The position numbers and the translations under genes were made by a program. Shown here in pieces: positions 35,757 to 47,639 of a DNA stretch of 64,000 nucleotides (positions are counted from its first letter, which is position 1; each line of letters begins with the position of its first letter). Source of the stretch: Fistulifera solaris (taxonomy: Eukaryota); assembly GCA_030295235.1 (NCBI GenBank), contig AP026124.1:496001-560000 (forward strand). The letters are read 5' to 3'. Below the pieces are notes generated by a model that made no database searches, was not told the DNA's origin, and saw nothing but the letters and a program-made list of their open reading frames with translations.

Positions 35757-37398
35757 ATGAAGTTAGATCCCACCGTACTGCGCACGATGCACACCAACGA
35801 CTTTCGTGTCTTGGAAGCCGTCGAACAAGGAATGAAGAACCACGCGCTCGTGCCACTCCCTCTCGTTTCGTCCATTGCCAATTTACGACACGGAGGTGTG
35901 CACAAAATTGTTTCCAGTTTATTGCGTGATAAATTACTCAGTCACGAAAAGAAGAATGGACATGATGGCTATCGCATTACGAATGCGGGTTACGATATTC
36001 TGGCTTTGCACTATTTGAAAACACGAAAACAAATTGCGGCCTTGGGGCAAAAAAGTCGGAACTGGCAAAGAAAGTGATATTTATCTAGGAGCTACACCAT
36101 CGGGGAAGCAAGTAGTATTAAAATTTCATCGACTCGGACGAACATCCTTTCGAAATGTCAAAAAGAAGCGTGATTATTTTGGCAAGGCGGTGCAACAGGC
36201 CCATTCTTGGTTGTTTTTGAGTCGATTGTCCGCCTTGAAAGAATACGCCTTCATGAAGGCATTGCACGACGTCCAATATCCGACACCAACTCCCATTGCA
36301 CAGAATCGTCACGTCGTCGTCATGAGTCTAGTGCGAGGGATGCCATTGTATCAGATATTCCCCAAACAGCTCTCGGCCGATCAGGCGGCAGATATCTATC
36401 AACAAGCCATCGGTATCGCGGCACGCTTGGCACGACAACACGGTCTAGTACATTGCGACTTGAACGAATTCAACTTGTTGGTGGACTTGTCGGGCGTACA
36501 ATCGTTGGCAACACAAGATTCGGACGATCCGTACGTGAGACATTCGGGTCAATCGGTGGCGGGGGAAAAGTCCATGGGGGCCTTGTCGAAACCGGCTTGG
36601 GAGCAATCGTTAGAACAGGGAGATGATTTGACGGTCATGCCAGAACCGGCCGAGCGATTGGAGAACGGTGAGCCGAAACCTGTCGTGACACTTATTGATT
36701 TTCCGCAAATGATTTCCATCAAGCACCCCAACGCGCAAGAGTTGTACGAGAGGGATTTGGCGTGTTTACGTAAATTCTTTGAAGTGAAACTTCATTGTCA
36801 AATACCGGAAGATGAAGAAGAGCATGTGTCGTGGACGTCTATTATGGCGTTGCAACCTGAGTCTGTACAGACGCGATTGGATTCCGAACTGAAAGCGAGC
36901 GGCTTCTCGGATGCCATGGGTCGAGGACTTGAGCTGTATTACTTTGATAGTGGTCCTCATACTGCTATGGACCATTTGAACGAAGAAGGAGAAGAAGAGG
37001 AGGAGGAGGAGGAGAGCGATAACGAATTTGACGATGAGCACGACGTGGAAGAGGAACAAGTCAATGATAACGAGTCGTCCTCGAGCAGCGATCCAGTTCC
37101 AAAACAAGATGTGAAAGAAACAACAAAGGTTTTAACCACAACTTCAAAAGTGGAGATTGACATGGATGCCCTCGCACTCGATGACGTAAGCGTGGACCAT
37201 GATTTGGTAGATCTCTTGGATAGCGAACAACTTCGTTCAATAGCACATTCAAGAGCATTGGAACACGCCAAAGAGCGTGTTCGTCGTCAGCTGGAAGAAG
37301 AAAAACGAAAGTCAAGGCGACAAGGTGCTTTTCGAAAAGGCAATAAGAACAAAACATACGTTAAGGGCAAGCGTGTGATGAGTGATGCAATATTCTAG
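35757..37398 (+). CDS. RIO2: RIO2 serine/threonine kinase; +1 frameshift at A6 36049-36054
   Basis: MKLD...DFRVL.AVE.GMKNH, GYDILAL, GTGKESDIY, KFHRLGRTSFR, HCDLNEFN and IDFPQMIS. Confidence 0.95.
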
Positions 37399-37515
37399 CT
37401 TGGTGTGTTTGGAGATATGCTGAAGAAATACTGTGATATTTACGATTCAGGGTTACTACGTTTATCATTGGTTTGGTTATAAGTGTAAACTTATTACACT
37501 TAGATTACTTTGAAA

Positions 37516-38269
37516 TCAACGAAATTGCTTCATTTTGAGCTGTGCGGCTTCCGCTTCTTGTATTTGCATGGCTTTGGCCAACAAACCATCATCGCCCACG
37601 GCAAAAGAGGGCAACATTGTGTCTAGTTGACTTACTTGCTGACACATGACACAGTAAACAGCCTGTGAAGCCTTCTGGTTAACTTGAAGAAAAGTAGCAC
37701 AGTTGGGACACTGCACGACAGTGGCGCGTCCCTGGCCGATGGACTGGTAGACATGTCTCATGCCTTTCATGCGAACCGTCTGCCCATTCTCGAGATGCTG
37801 GACAGTATCCTCATGATATCGCCGGACCTTCTCTTTATCGACTTTTGCAGCAGGCCCAGCCGATGACTTGCTGGATTGAAATGACGAATAGAGTCGGTGT
37901 TGCTCGCGCATTACTTCGGGGTCGTTCATCAACATGGTAATATCGACATCGACAAATGATTCGGAACTTGGGGCAGCTTTGGCCGCCTCCTCAAACTGCC
38001 GAAATCGCTTCGCTTGTTCTTCAATCAAGCGAGTCATTCGTTCACTCTGCTCTTGTTGTGGAAAGGACAAGCTGCTGTTAGATAAAGATCGATACATTTT
38101 GATTTACCGTTGTGTTTTGCCTCGAAATACATTTCATTAATGAAGGGTGTCGACTTTGGCGTCGATTGCCGGCCACTGAAATCTTTTTTAATTCCGCCGT
38201 CGGAGTTTCAAAATGAGAACTTGAGGGAACCCTTGCGTCAGCTGGCGCCTTCCGCGATCTTAGCGGCAA
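37516..38269 (-). CDS. Hypothetical protein with a CxxC...CxxC zinc ribbon; probable intron ~38053-38107
   Basis: VQCPNCATFLQV...YCVMCQQVS; upstream ORF 38078-38269 and a GTAAAT donor at 38107. Confidence 0.6.
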
Positions 38270-39100
38270 ATAGCCCGTCTTTTATGTTTTCAATTCCCAC
38301 CGCACCGCACCGCGTCGGGACTCTCGGAGACGTGCTGGCAGTGAGAGCAGGTGAAAAGATGAAAATGAAACACATAGAAGCGTGAAGCAAGAAAAGGCAA
38401 GCAGTCGGCAAGCCCAAAATGTTGCTGACCGGTCGTGAAGACGAATGTTCGATTTGGTTCACACTTGAAGTTGTCTGTGTTCTGTCTTGCACTTTCGTAG
38501 GTCCCCTAAGTAACAAAAACAACAGCTGTCAGCTGTCACCACCGCACTGGATACAATGTAGGATTACAAATAATAAAAAAGACAAAGTAGAAAAAATAAC
38601 TGTAAGAACTTTAAGGGAAATGTGGGCCGTGGGTTCGGCAGTTCGGCATTCGGCATGCCTCGATCCTCGATCCTCTATCCTCGATCACAGATTGGTCATT
38701 TCGTGATATTCTGAGTGCTTCTTTAAATACTCGCTTTATGTCCAACTGCCGATGTCTTATGTCCCACGTCCCCAGCCATTCATGTTCGATGTTCGATATG
38801 CACTCTGGGTTGCAGCTCGCTCTCCGTTCTGCGCTCTACAAAAGGATACCTACCTGGTACCGGTACGAGATACCGGCACCATACTACGTAGTAGAAGGAC
38901 CTCCTATCTCCTATCCTCCTCTCGACGACTCAATTTCAGTCCCGTCAAGGTTTGTCCTTGCATTGCAGACTGCGCCGAACTGGATGTTGTTGTCGTCAAA
39001 ATATCTCATGTGTTGTGTTAGGTTGTTGTTCTCTTTGACGTAAAAGTCTTTCTATAGAAGATTTTCTCTTTCAAACAGTCTTAAGGCACGCGGAAACATT

Positions 39101-40161
39101 ATGATAAATATAATTGTGGGAGGCTTTCTGTCTCTTCCGGGCTTGTTGCTTCATATCGTCACTGCCCCCGTCATTGCTTTGCTTTCTGCCCCAGCCATGA
39201 TCTTTCTGGTATACAGTAAACCAAAACCGGCAAAGAAAGCATTATCGACTGATCCTTCTTCAAAAAGGGTTATTGTGACGGGAGGGAGTAGCGGAATTGG
39301 CAAAAGCATTGCTGTCGCAGCCGCAAAGAAAGGAGTCGCGGAAGTGATTATAATTGCCCGAAACAAGGAACGTCTCGAAGAAGCGAGAAAAGAAATCACG
39401 CAAGCAAATTCATCGATCGTCGTTAAAGCTCTTTCTGTGGATGTTGGAAGACCCGACTCTCTTGCTGAAGCAGCCAAAGAAATTTTCACACAAGACCAAA
39501 AGCCACCCAAAACCATACATTTGTTTTGTTGTGCCGGAGCCGCGTACCCACAGTACTTCCAAGACATTGCCCCGGAAGAATTCTCGAAAGCCGTCCACAC
39601 CAATCAACTGGGAAGCATCTTTACAGCGCAAGCGTTCGTGCCACTCATGACCAGTGGATCAGTCACCTTTGCAGCAGTGGGGCGGGACAGATTGGTGTGT
39701 TTGGATTGGCGTCGTATTCTCCCACTAAGTTTGCGTTGCGCGGATACGCTGAGTGTCTACATATTGAGCTTTGCGAAAGTCCTATCTACGTACAAATCGC
39801 TTATCCTCCCGATACGGATACACCTGGTTTTGTGGAAGAAAACAAAACAAAACCCTACGAAACGAAGAAAATATCCGAAATGGCTGGACTCGCCAACCCA
39901 GAGGATATCGGGGGGACCATGTTAAAGGAAGCATTGAAGGAAAATCCTCCATTCAATGTGTATTTTGGGCTAGAAGGGTGGCTTGTAACGACCCTCACCT
40001 GTGGATTTCAACCCGTCTCCACGGTTTTGGATGCCATGGCACAAGTTTCTATTATGTCAGTCACCCGTTGGATTTCTCTGTTCATTCTCAATGATTGGTA
40101 CAACATGATTCGAACGTATAAACGTGGTAAGGCGAATAATACATCAAGCAAACACGACTGA
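39101..40161 (+). CDS. 3-dehydrosphinganine reductase (KDSR/TSC10, SDR family); frameshift near 39668
   Basis: TGGSSGIG, CCAG, YSPTKFALRG.AE.L..E and YPPDTDTPGF..EN.TKP.ET; N- and C-terminal hydrophobic segments. Confidence 0.92.
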
Positions 40162-40308
40162 GTGTGATACTTGTTCAACTGATAACAGTACCCTATCTGC
40201 GTGCAATCTTCTTGTAAACTCGCGCTTAAAGCCCCAACAACGATGTCTTTATGTATATACACATATCACCCTTTTCGCTACAACTTGCTAGTTCTTCTTT
40301 AAATAACC

Positions 40309-41478
40309 TCACTTACGACGTAACGTGTGATGCACCAGAAGCGCCGTGATGGCGACAGCCGTATATAATTGAATCAAACTGCCGTACCACGGAGCCTCCC
40401 CTGCTTTCTTTTGCTCTTTCCTGTACACCACATCCGGATGATGAAATTGATCAAACAAGCGTACAAGGTTGCGTTCCAGCATGGCCACCGTCACCTTCCC
40501 GACCAATGGCACGTAAACAACTCCAGGGATTTTGAGGAGCGCTTCTTCGTCCACATTTTTGAATGAAGCAACATTGACCACAGTTGCATAGGGTTGAATC
40601 CATTCGGTTGGAAGCCTGTAGTTTTTCGTGGGCACACCGGTGATGACGATAGATGATTGTCGGACGCATTCTTCCGGTGTAAGTTCGCATTTGTGCAAAC
40701 GTCCTCCAGAAAATTTGTAAATCGAATTAATGTCAACTGAGAAAACCTCTGCACCGTCGTTGGCTAGCATGGCTGCCAGCGGGCGTCCCACAATCTCGGA
40801 TCGATTGATGATCGTTACCGTTCTACCCTCGAGTTGACGACCCACAGCTTTTGATTCATCGTAGCAGTTTGGGCATTTTTCCAGAATCTTGACAACGGAA
40901 AGAGCGGTACAAGGCAAAAGGCACTTTTGTGACTGATTCGGGTAATCCAAATAACGAACGTTTCGATACAAATTGGTGCGGTACGTGTGACAAAGCCCTT
41001 CCACATCACATTTAAAACTAACAGAATCGCGGAGGTAGTCATCTTGACTAGCACCGGAAAAAGATTCTTCTTGTCCGAAAATCGGATAATACACAATAAT
41101 GCCGTGAACTTTGGGGTCTTCGTTTGCTTTCATGAGTTCCGCCTCGACATCAATCGCGTCGTCCACACATCGTAATTCATATCGAAGACCGTCTGACTCG
41201 CAAGCCTTTCGTGTCCACTCGGCGTACTGTTTCGCTGCAGGATCTTTGTTGGCGAGTAGCCCTACTAAAAGCGGTGCATCTAGAAGCAAAAGAAAGCTAT
41301 TTCATGAGTTTTCCAAGTTGCGAGTGGGCACAGCGAGTGTTTCGTTCGACATACCGACGCCGTGGGCTTTCAAGGCCTCCACCTTGTCACGAATTTCCTT
41401 TCGAAACGGAGCAGCGACCACTCCGGCATCCACTTTCACTCCCTTGGAAGGGTCTGCGATAATCACGGGCTTTGACAT
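40309..41478 (-). CDS. MTD1: NAD-dependent methylenetetrahydrofolate dehydrogenase (MTD1-type); intron 41280-41354
   Basis: PLLVGLLAN.DPAA..YA.WT, GIIVYYPIF, DVEGLCH, LPCTAL, INRSEIVGRPLAAMLANDGA and GKVTVAMLERN. Confidence 0.92.
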
Positions 41479-41868
41479 TCTTTTTGTAAATTGAGGAAAT
41501 TGATGATATGTTTGTTGTGTTTGTATTATTTTCTTTCGGGACGGTAAAAAAATCGCTTGATGGCGGGTGATGGCTGACGATGAATGAGCGGACAGACAGA
41601 CAGGTGGCACTATGATGAGTACCCCTGCCTGCCTGCCTACCCCACACTTTACAACAGATTATTCTTGAAGCCCGCTGGGACAATCGAAACTGAGAGGTTA
41701 AAAGAGAAAAAACTGCAAATTTCGAAAAGCTCATCTCGCTATAATTATGACAACTCCATCATCTAGCATCCAACTCCTTCCTCCGGCCTCAGCGTCTATC
41801 GTCCGAGCTTGCCATCGATATTGCTCAATCGCATATTGACAGACGTGAACAGGCGTATCTCCACCATT

Positions 41869-43079
41869 ATGAAAAGAAGCGGATCATTGCTGAAGAATCT
41901 TTGCTTCGTTGTACATTCTCATTTGCTAACAAACAGCCGAACTTCGTCGGCGATTCGATTTCCCTTTGACCAATTACCGTCTAGCACAAACATAAGAGCC
42001 ATGTCAAAGACAAAAGTCGATCACAATCTCTTCTGGAATCGCGAAATATCCAGTAAACTGGCGTATGATGCGAATGCACCTATTGTTAAAGAAGCCAAGA
42101 TTATTTCGTTGAGTGATGTCAATGATCCTTCCAATCGGCCTCTGAACAATCCCGCAGATGGCCTTCCCCAGGGAAGTCGTCTTCTCGCTGTTGGGGGTTC
42201 CATTGAAGAGTTTGACATTGAAATGTTGAAGCGGGAAGGGGCGAATACCATCTTTGTGAGTCATCCACTCGCACGTGAGCCTTTGGATCGTCTGTTACAG
42301 GAAATTCCCTCCATTGAATGGATTCATTCACGTTCGGCTGGGATGGATTTTGTAGCGTCACCCACGCTAGCATCGTTTCAAGGAAAAGTGACGAATGCCA
42401 AGGGACTCTATAGTAGTACGCTGGCGGAATACACGATAATGGCGTGCTCCTACTTTGCCAAGGATTTGCCTCGCTTACTTAAGAACAAAGGAGCCAAGAA
42501 CTGGGAAAAGTACAATGTATTGGAGCTTAGAGGATCGACATTGGGAACTGTTGGCTACGGTGATATTGGTCGAGCGGTGGCGCGACTGGCAGTAGCCTAC
42601 GGTATGAAGGTGCTTGCCCTTCGAAGACGTCCCGTACCAGACGACCTCTGCTCCGTGGTCTACGGTAATGACAAAGAGTCATTGAGTCGACTTTTGCCGA
42701 ATGTGACTATATTCTGTGCGCTGCACCCCTCACAGCAGAGACGAAAGGTATGATTGGTAAGGAACAGTTTGATGTAGCGAAATCCGGAGCCGTCTTTATC
42801 AATGTAGGACGTGGACCGATCGTTGATGAGGACGCTCTCATAGAGGCATTAAAGGATGGCCGCCTTAAGGGAGCAGGGTTGGACGTGTTTGCTACCGAAC
42901 CTTTGTCGAAATCATCCCCTCTTTGGGAATTGGATAATGTTTTGCTATCGCCACATAATATGGATCAGACTGCTACGTTCACCTACGAATCAACGTCTTT
43001 TTTCGTGGAAGAGAATCTTCCTCGGTTTGTGAGAGACTTGCCTCTCCTAAACCCAGTAGACGTATCTGCGGGATACTAA
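41869..43079 (+). CDS. D-isomer-specific 2-hydroxyacid dehydrogenase; frameshift near 42692
   Basis: WIHSRSAG, TNAKG.YS..LAEY, VGYGDIG, INVGRG, GAGLDVF..EPL and LSPHN. Confidence 0.9.
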
Positions 43080-43156
43080 TTTAGTTAACGTTCAAATAAT
43101 AAACAATAACCTCTAGATTCTTTGTCTTAATTATGTTAAAAGCTACATGGCGTCGC

Positions 43157-44542
43157 TTAGAAAGCGAAATCACCGTCGTCGAAACCATAGTCATCGCCTT
43201 TGTATTCATCGTCCTCGTCCTCGTCATCATTACCACCCTTGGCATGATCTTTACCTGCCGCGTCCTCAAAGTTCGAAAGTTCAACAAAGTCAACTTTCCA
43301 TCGCAAGATACCGCCAATACCACCAAAACCTTTTACAAATTGTGTTCCTTCGCCAGATCGATCAGTAACAAATTCCAAGTTACACCCAAACTGTTTAAAG
43401 TTGTTCGCAAACCACTCCACCAAGGCTTCCTTCTCAATCGTTTCCAGTTCTGTACCACTTTCCGGATCTCGAAAGTGTTCATCATTTTTCTCTTCTTCCT
43501 TACTCAAATGAACAACTTTCTCTTCACCTGTTGTTTGGTTGCGTAGAACATATCGGGAAACTTCTAGATTGTCCCAGATAATGAGATCTTCAACAGCACC
43601 CAGATCTAGCGCCTTGAGAGTATCCTCCACCATGAAACAATACTTGCCCGTGTCTTGCGAAATTTCATCCATGTACCGCTGTAGTAACTTCTTTTCTTTC
43701 ATGAGCTTCACATTCGCCAAAGCGTCTGCAGCCAGCTCAATGGCTTGATTAAACCCTTGTTCCCCACCGTAGCTGACATCCACCAATTTAACCACAATTT
43801 TGACGAGACGGGGATCAAAGAGATCACTGCGCATGAGCTCGGCTTTAAAGTCAGCGGAACCGGCTAGTACAATACCTCGAACGTTCGGTCTTTGACCGTC
43901 TGGTACAAACAACTGGGTCGCCATTTCCGCGACTTTGCGCACGTAGTTGTGTCGCTTTTCTAAGCGAAGACGAGCGAAACGCAGCGCAGACTGACCACCA
44001 CGGCCGTGCTTCTTGGGTAGATCGACGGAAAATTTGTGCAAGATTTCGCGGTTACTGCCTTGCACATTGCCGTACAAGCAGCCGTTACCGTCCATGACAA
44101 TGAAACCGAAGCATTCGTCATCCATGAGGAGTTCTTGCAAGTCTTCGGTGTGAAATTTGTTGTCACAAAGGTAAAGCGATGTATTGATCGGTCGGAAAGG
44201 CTCAAAGTCAATGTTCACCTTTCTTTCCTTGCCGTCTTCTGTAATAACTGTGCCGCAGTATAAAACCAGACCATTTTTAGGGCATTTGGTGTACAACTTG
44301 AGGCGCTGTTGCGTCGATGTGATCGCCGATAGAACGGAAGAGCGATTGACGCGTGATTTGATATTCGAAGCAGTTCCGTATTCGTCACTCAACATCTTAT
44401 TGACTCGGCTAATCTGATCACCAGGAGGAATAATGAGAGAAATCATGCTCGTTCCGTTACCTCGGGCAGCTTCGAGATTCTTTATCAGTTTCTTCACTTT
44501 GAAGATCTCAATCTGCTGTTCCATATCATCGTTAGTCGACAT
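43157..44542 (-). CDS. eRF1: Eukaryotic peptide chain release factor 1
   Basis: GTSMIS, TASNIKS, YLCDNKF, GRGGQS and GFGGIGG; intact 461-aa ORF. Confidence 0.99.
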   Translation of the reverse strand: MSTNDDMEQQIEIFKVKKLIKNLEAARGNGTSMISLIIPPGDQISRVNKMLSDEYGTASNIKSRVNRSSVLSAITSTQQRLKLYTKCPKNGLVLYCGTVITEDGKERKVNIDFEPFRPINTSLYLCDNKFHTEDLQELLMDDECFGFIVMDGNGCLYGNVQGSNREILHKFSVDLPKKHGRGGQSALRFARLRLEKRHNYVRKVAEMATQLFVPDGQRPNVRGIVLAGSADFKAELMRSDLFDPRLVKIVVKLVDVSYGGEQGFNQAIELAADALANVKLMKEKKLLQRYMDEISQDTGKYCFMVEDTLKALDLGAVEDLIIWDNLEVSRYVLRNQTTGEEKVVHLSKEEEKNDEHFRDPESGTELETIEKEALVEWFANNFKQFGCNLEFVTDRSGEGTQFVKGFGGIGGILRWKVDFVELSNFEDAAGKDHAKGGNDDEDEDDEYKGDDYGFDDGDFAF

Positions 44543-44844
44543 GTTTGCTTCTCTTTATGTTTCTGTGAGTTTCGACTATTGAATATGTGTATCAAGGCAA
44601 TGGATGCGGGTGTCACTGATTGTAATGGCCCACTTCTTTTGTTGTCTTTGGCGAAGTCTTTCTCGTCGATGGCCTCGTGCATGTTGGTTGGCCGACGGCT
44701 CACAATAAAAAGAGGCGCGAGGAGCTCCTTCAAGGTTTCGAATGCCATCCATACTACAGTAATTAGGTATAGTATCTGAGGTTATGAGTGCAAAGCACTT
44801 CACCATCACCACAAAAAAGCGTCCGCATGATCAGAAAATTAGTC

Positions 44845-45106
44845 CATGACTGAACTATGCTTCAGCCGCGGCGAAAACGAGCAACACTTTGGACGACATT
44901 CAGTTTTAAGTGCCCAATCCGGCAAGCATTTCGACGTCATCAATCAAAAAGTTTATTTCAAATGTAAAGATTATCGACAAAGCTCTTTTACTTGCAAAAA
45001 GTGACCTTCACGTATGCTAGGGACGACAGCACAACCTCTTATAATCATACCTCTTTACAAGACGAAACGAAAGGTTTTTGGTCTCATGACTGAAATCCAG
45101 TCGTGG
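44845..45106 (+). repeat. Two dispersed copies of the same element (44845-44888, 45084-45106)
   Basis: CATGACTGAA..CAGCCGCGGCGAAAACGAGCAACACT and TCATGACTGAAATCCAGTCGTGG. Confidence 0.75.
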
Positions 45107-45252
45107 AGACAAAGCAGAGACAAAAACCCCGTAAATAGCAAGTGAAGCTTTTCAGGACGGATTGCGACAATGACAACGGAAGTCGGAAAGGTATGCTTCA
45201 GGTGCAGTCCATAATCATAGTAAGAGCAACTATATGATCGACTGAGGTCAGA

Positions 45253-46617
45253 TTATGAATGTCGCGAAACACGAAATAGGTAGCGGCCCACAGATTGTCC
45301 CCATCGCGAATAACATCGTGCGTTAGGGTGAACGCCGTCAATGGCAATCAAGGCTCCTTCCTCCATCGCTTTCAATACGTTCTCTTTCACGCCACTTTTC
45401 ATGCGCGGTGCGTACCAAGATTCTAACTCCGCCTTTGACAGTGGAACATACATGACGTCATTTGACGGAAATGTATCCACTACAACTTTCTTTTGGGATT
45501 CCCAAAATCCAACCACCATGTCAATGAAAAAGAGCAGTGGGAAAATATTCAGCGGGGAATTGTAGTGTATCATCTGCGTTGGTAATGCCGGTAGGATTAC
45601 TTTCGATCCAGGAGAGAGCCGTCGGATTTCGAGAATAAGGTCATTGAGTAGCCCACGAAAATCTTTGGGTGTCAAAGGCTTCAGTGGGTTGGCTACTACC
45701 TTCTTCAAATCATTCAATCCGCACAAAATGACGACACAGTCCGGTGCACGGTCTGCTTGAACCTCCTGTTCCAAAACAGGAAGACACAAGTCTCGAATGT
45801 GGACCACGGTGCCTCCATCCACGCCGGCCGACCTCCAACTCACCGGATGATCCGACAAGCCAGCGAGACAGCCAGCTAGGGCTTGCGGGAAGGCGGGACT
45901 GGGAAGAGAGGGTGAAGAATCTAAATTTTGGTAGAGCTGATAATCAATGGATTGATTCTTGTTCGCGTCGAAAATGTTCACAGTCCCCAATCCGACGGCT
46001 AACGAGTCCCCAATGACTAGAATCCGTTTGATGTCTTTTTTGCTCGTAGTGTTCGTACTGGGTAATGAATCGGCCGGATGGGTCTCGTGTTGGGCAAAAA
46101 AGGCGGCAGGGACGTCAAAGAGCTTGACCAACGTTAGGATAAAACCGATGTGCAGCACATGCATCGAGCGACTAAAGATGAAAGTCACTTGTTGTACTGC
46201 CAGAGGCAGCAAAAGAAATAAGAAGCGATTAATGCGGTTGATAGTTCGTGCATACTCACTTGTCGACGATGCTTCTGATTCGTTCGTTTCGAGAAAGGAT
46301 GCATTGTCGGTGTGCGTATTGTTGTAAGATGACTCATAAAGAACTGTGTTGTTTTGATTCGGATGCGCAATTCCGACCGTCGGGCCCGGTGGGATGATGA
46401 GTTCACCAGCGGGGTTCGTGCGATATTGGAAAAGAGCAATGACGGCTTGCAAGAAAGCAATTAAGAGCGAGGCAATCAAGATAGTTTCTCCAACTTTTTG
46501 AATAGCTTGCGTAGTCGCCCACAAAGAAAAGCCTTGGCTTTGAAGGAAAGTCGTGATAAAATTTGGTTCTTTCTTGAATTCCGAGGCCAGCGCAGTGTCC
46601 GTCATCGGATATGTCAT
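45253..46617 (-). CDS. SGNH/GDSL hydrolase with N-terminal TM segments
   Basis: IGDSLAVG, GVDG, GLND and DGVHPN blocks. Confidence 0.85.
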   Translation of the reverse strand: MTYPMTDTALASEFKKEPNFITTFLQSQGFSLWATTQAIQKVGETILIASLLIAFLQAVIALFQYRTNPAGELIIPPGPTVGIAHPNQNNTVLYESSYNNTHTDNASFLETNESEASSTSEYARTINRINRFLFLLLPLAVQQVTFIFSRSMHVLHIGFILTLVKLFDVPAAFFAQHETHPADSLPSTNTTSKKDIKRILVIGDSLAVGLGTVNIFDANKNQSIDYQLYQNLDSSPSLPSPAFPQALAGCLAGLSDHPVSWRSAGVDGGTVVHIRDLCLPVLEQEVQADRAPDCVVILCGLNDLKKVVANPLKPLTPKDFRGLLNDLILEIRRLSPGSKVILPALPTQMIHYNSPLNIFPLLFFIDMVVGFWESQKKVVVDTFPSNDVMYVPLSKAELESWYAPRMKSGVKENVLKAMEEGALIAIDGVHPNARCYSRWGQSVGRYLFRVSRHS

Positions 46618-47175
46618 GATGACTGACGCAACAGCAAGTCCGCCTTTGCTTGAAAGAAAGTTGTTTCGGGTGATATGAACAGTTGCATGGCATACCTCAC
46701 AGCCAACTAAAATGCCGCCGAAAGGATCGACTACTTTACAAAAGAGAGGAACGAAATGGATCGACGAGATGAACTCGATTTGCTAAAAAGGGTTCGCACG
46801 AACGTCGATTGCGAACTTCGAAAGAAACCGAAGTGGTGCAACAAAAGTGGACGCGAATCTTTGGCGTATCTTTTTCATCGCGAAAAGTCGCCATCCGATA
46901 CCTGACGAACGACAGACATTCAAAACGCGCTTCTGCTCAAGGGTCATTTCGCACTGTTTTGCGTATAGTCTAAGGGTCATAATCTGCGATCTTGCGAACT
47001 ATAGAGCACACATTATTTGTAGCTCCTTTTACACGATAGGAACACGCAGTGCAACGTGCAACCAGCAAACGATGGCGAGCGACAAATTCAGAAGCCATGA
47101 CATTGACAGGCTAAAAGAAGAGTATTTGTGAAACTAAAACAATCAAAGAAAGAAAAAGATCCAAGATACACGATC

Positions 47176-47639
47176 ATGTCCGAAACAAAAAGCAAAGACG
47201 AAGACCTTGTTGAGGTTTCATGGACAGGCCGAAAGCTGTTGATCAAACGCTCTCTTCTAGACGGTTGGTACCACCAGATGTCTTACGAGGACAAAGTTCA
47301 ATATGTCAAGGAACATCCTTACGCAGAGCAGCCTGTGAATGTTCATACTTTCAAGCCATTGAAGGATATGAAAATCGAAAAGGTAAGTTTATCGCTTGTG
47401 AAAACTTCATCTTGTCTCGATTCGATGTACTCTTTCTCATCTCTTTTCAATTCTTTCGTGCAACTCTTTGCCTTTGTCAGATCTTAGACCCCGACGACTA
47501 CGTCCTTATCAAATGGGCAGGAAGTAAGGTTCTTATGATTCCCAAAGATTTTGTTGAGGAGTGGTACGCCAGTAGTTACGAGCAGCATCAGGACTATGTG
47601 GAAAAGAATCCTGACTGTGTCATCGAGGAGTCGACCTAA
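47176..47639 (+). CDS. Small hypothetical protein with two internal repeats; intron 47383-47480
   Basis: A GTAAGT...CAG intron joins two similar ~40-aa halves in frame. Confidence 0.7.

Noticed and set aside
43157..44542. Stop-codon reassignment suggested by the eRF1 variant and broken ORFs
   Set aside because: Conserved genes end at TAG (ATP3, heme oxygenase, RIO2), TAA (PCH2, Lhcr) and TGA (KDSR, PSMB6), and their breaks are frameshifts rather than in-frame stops.
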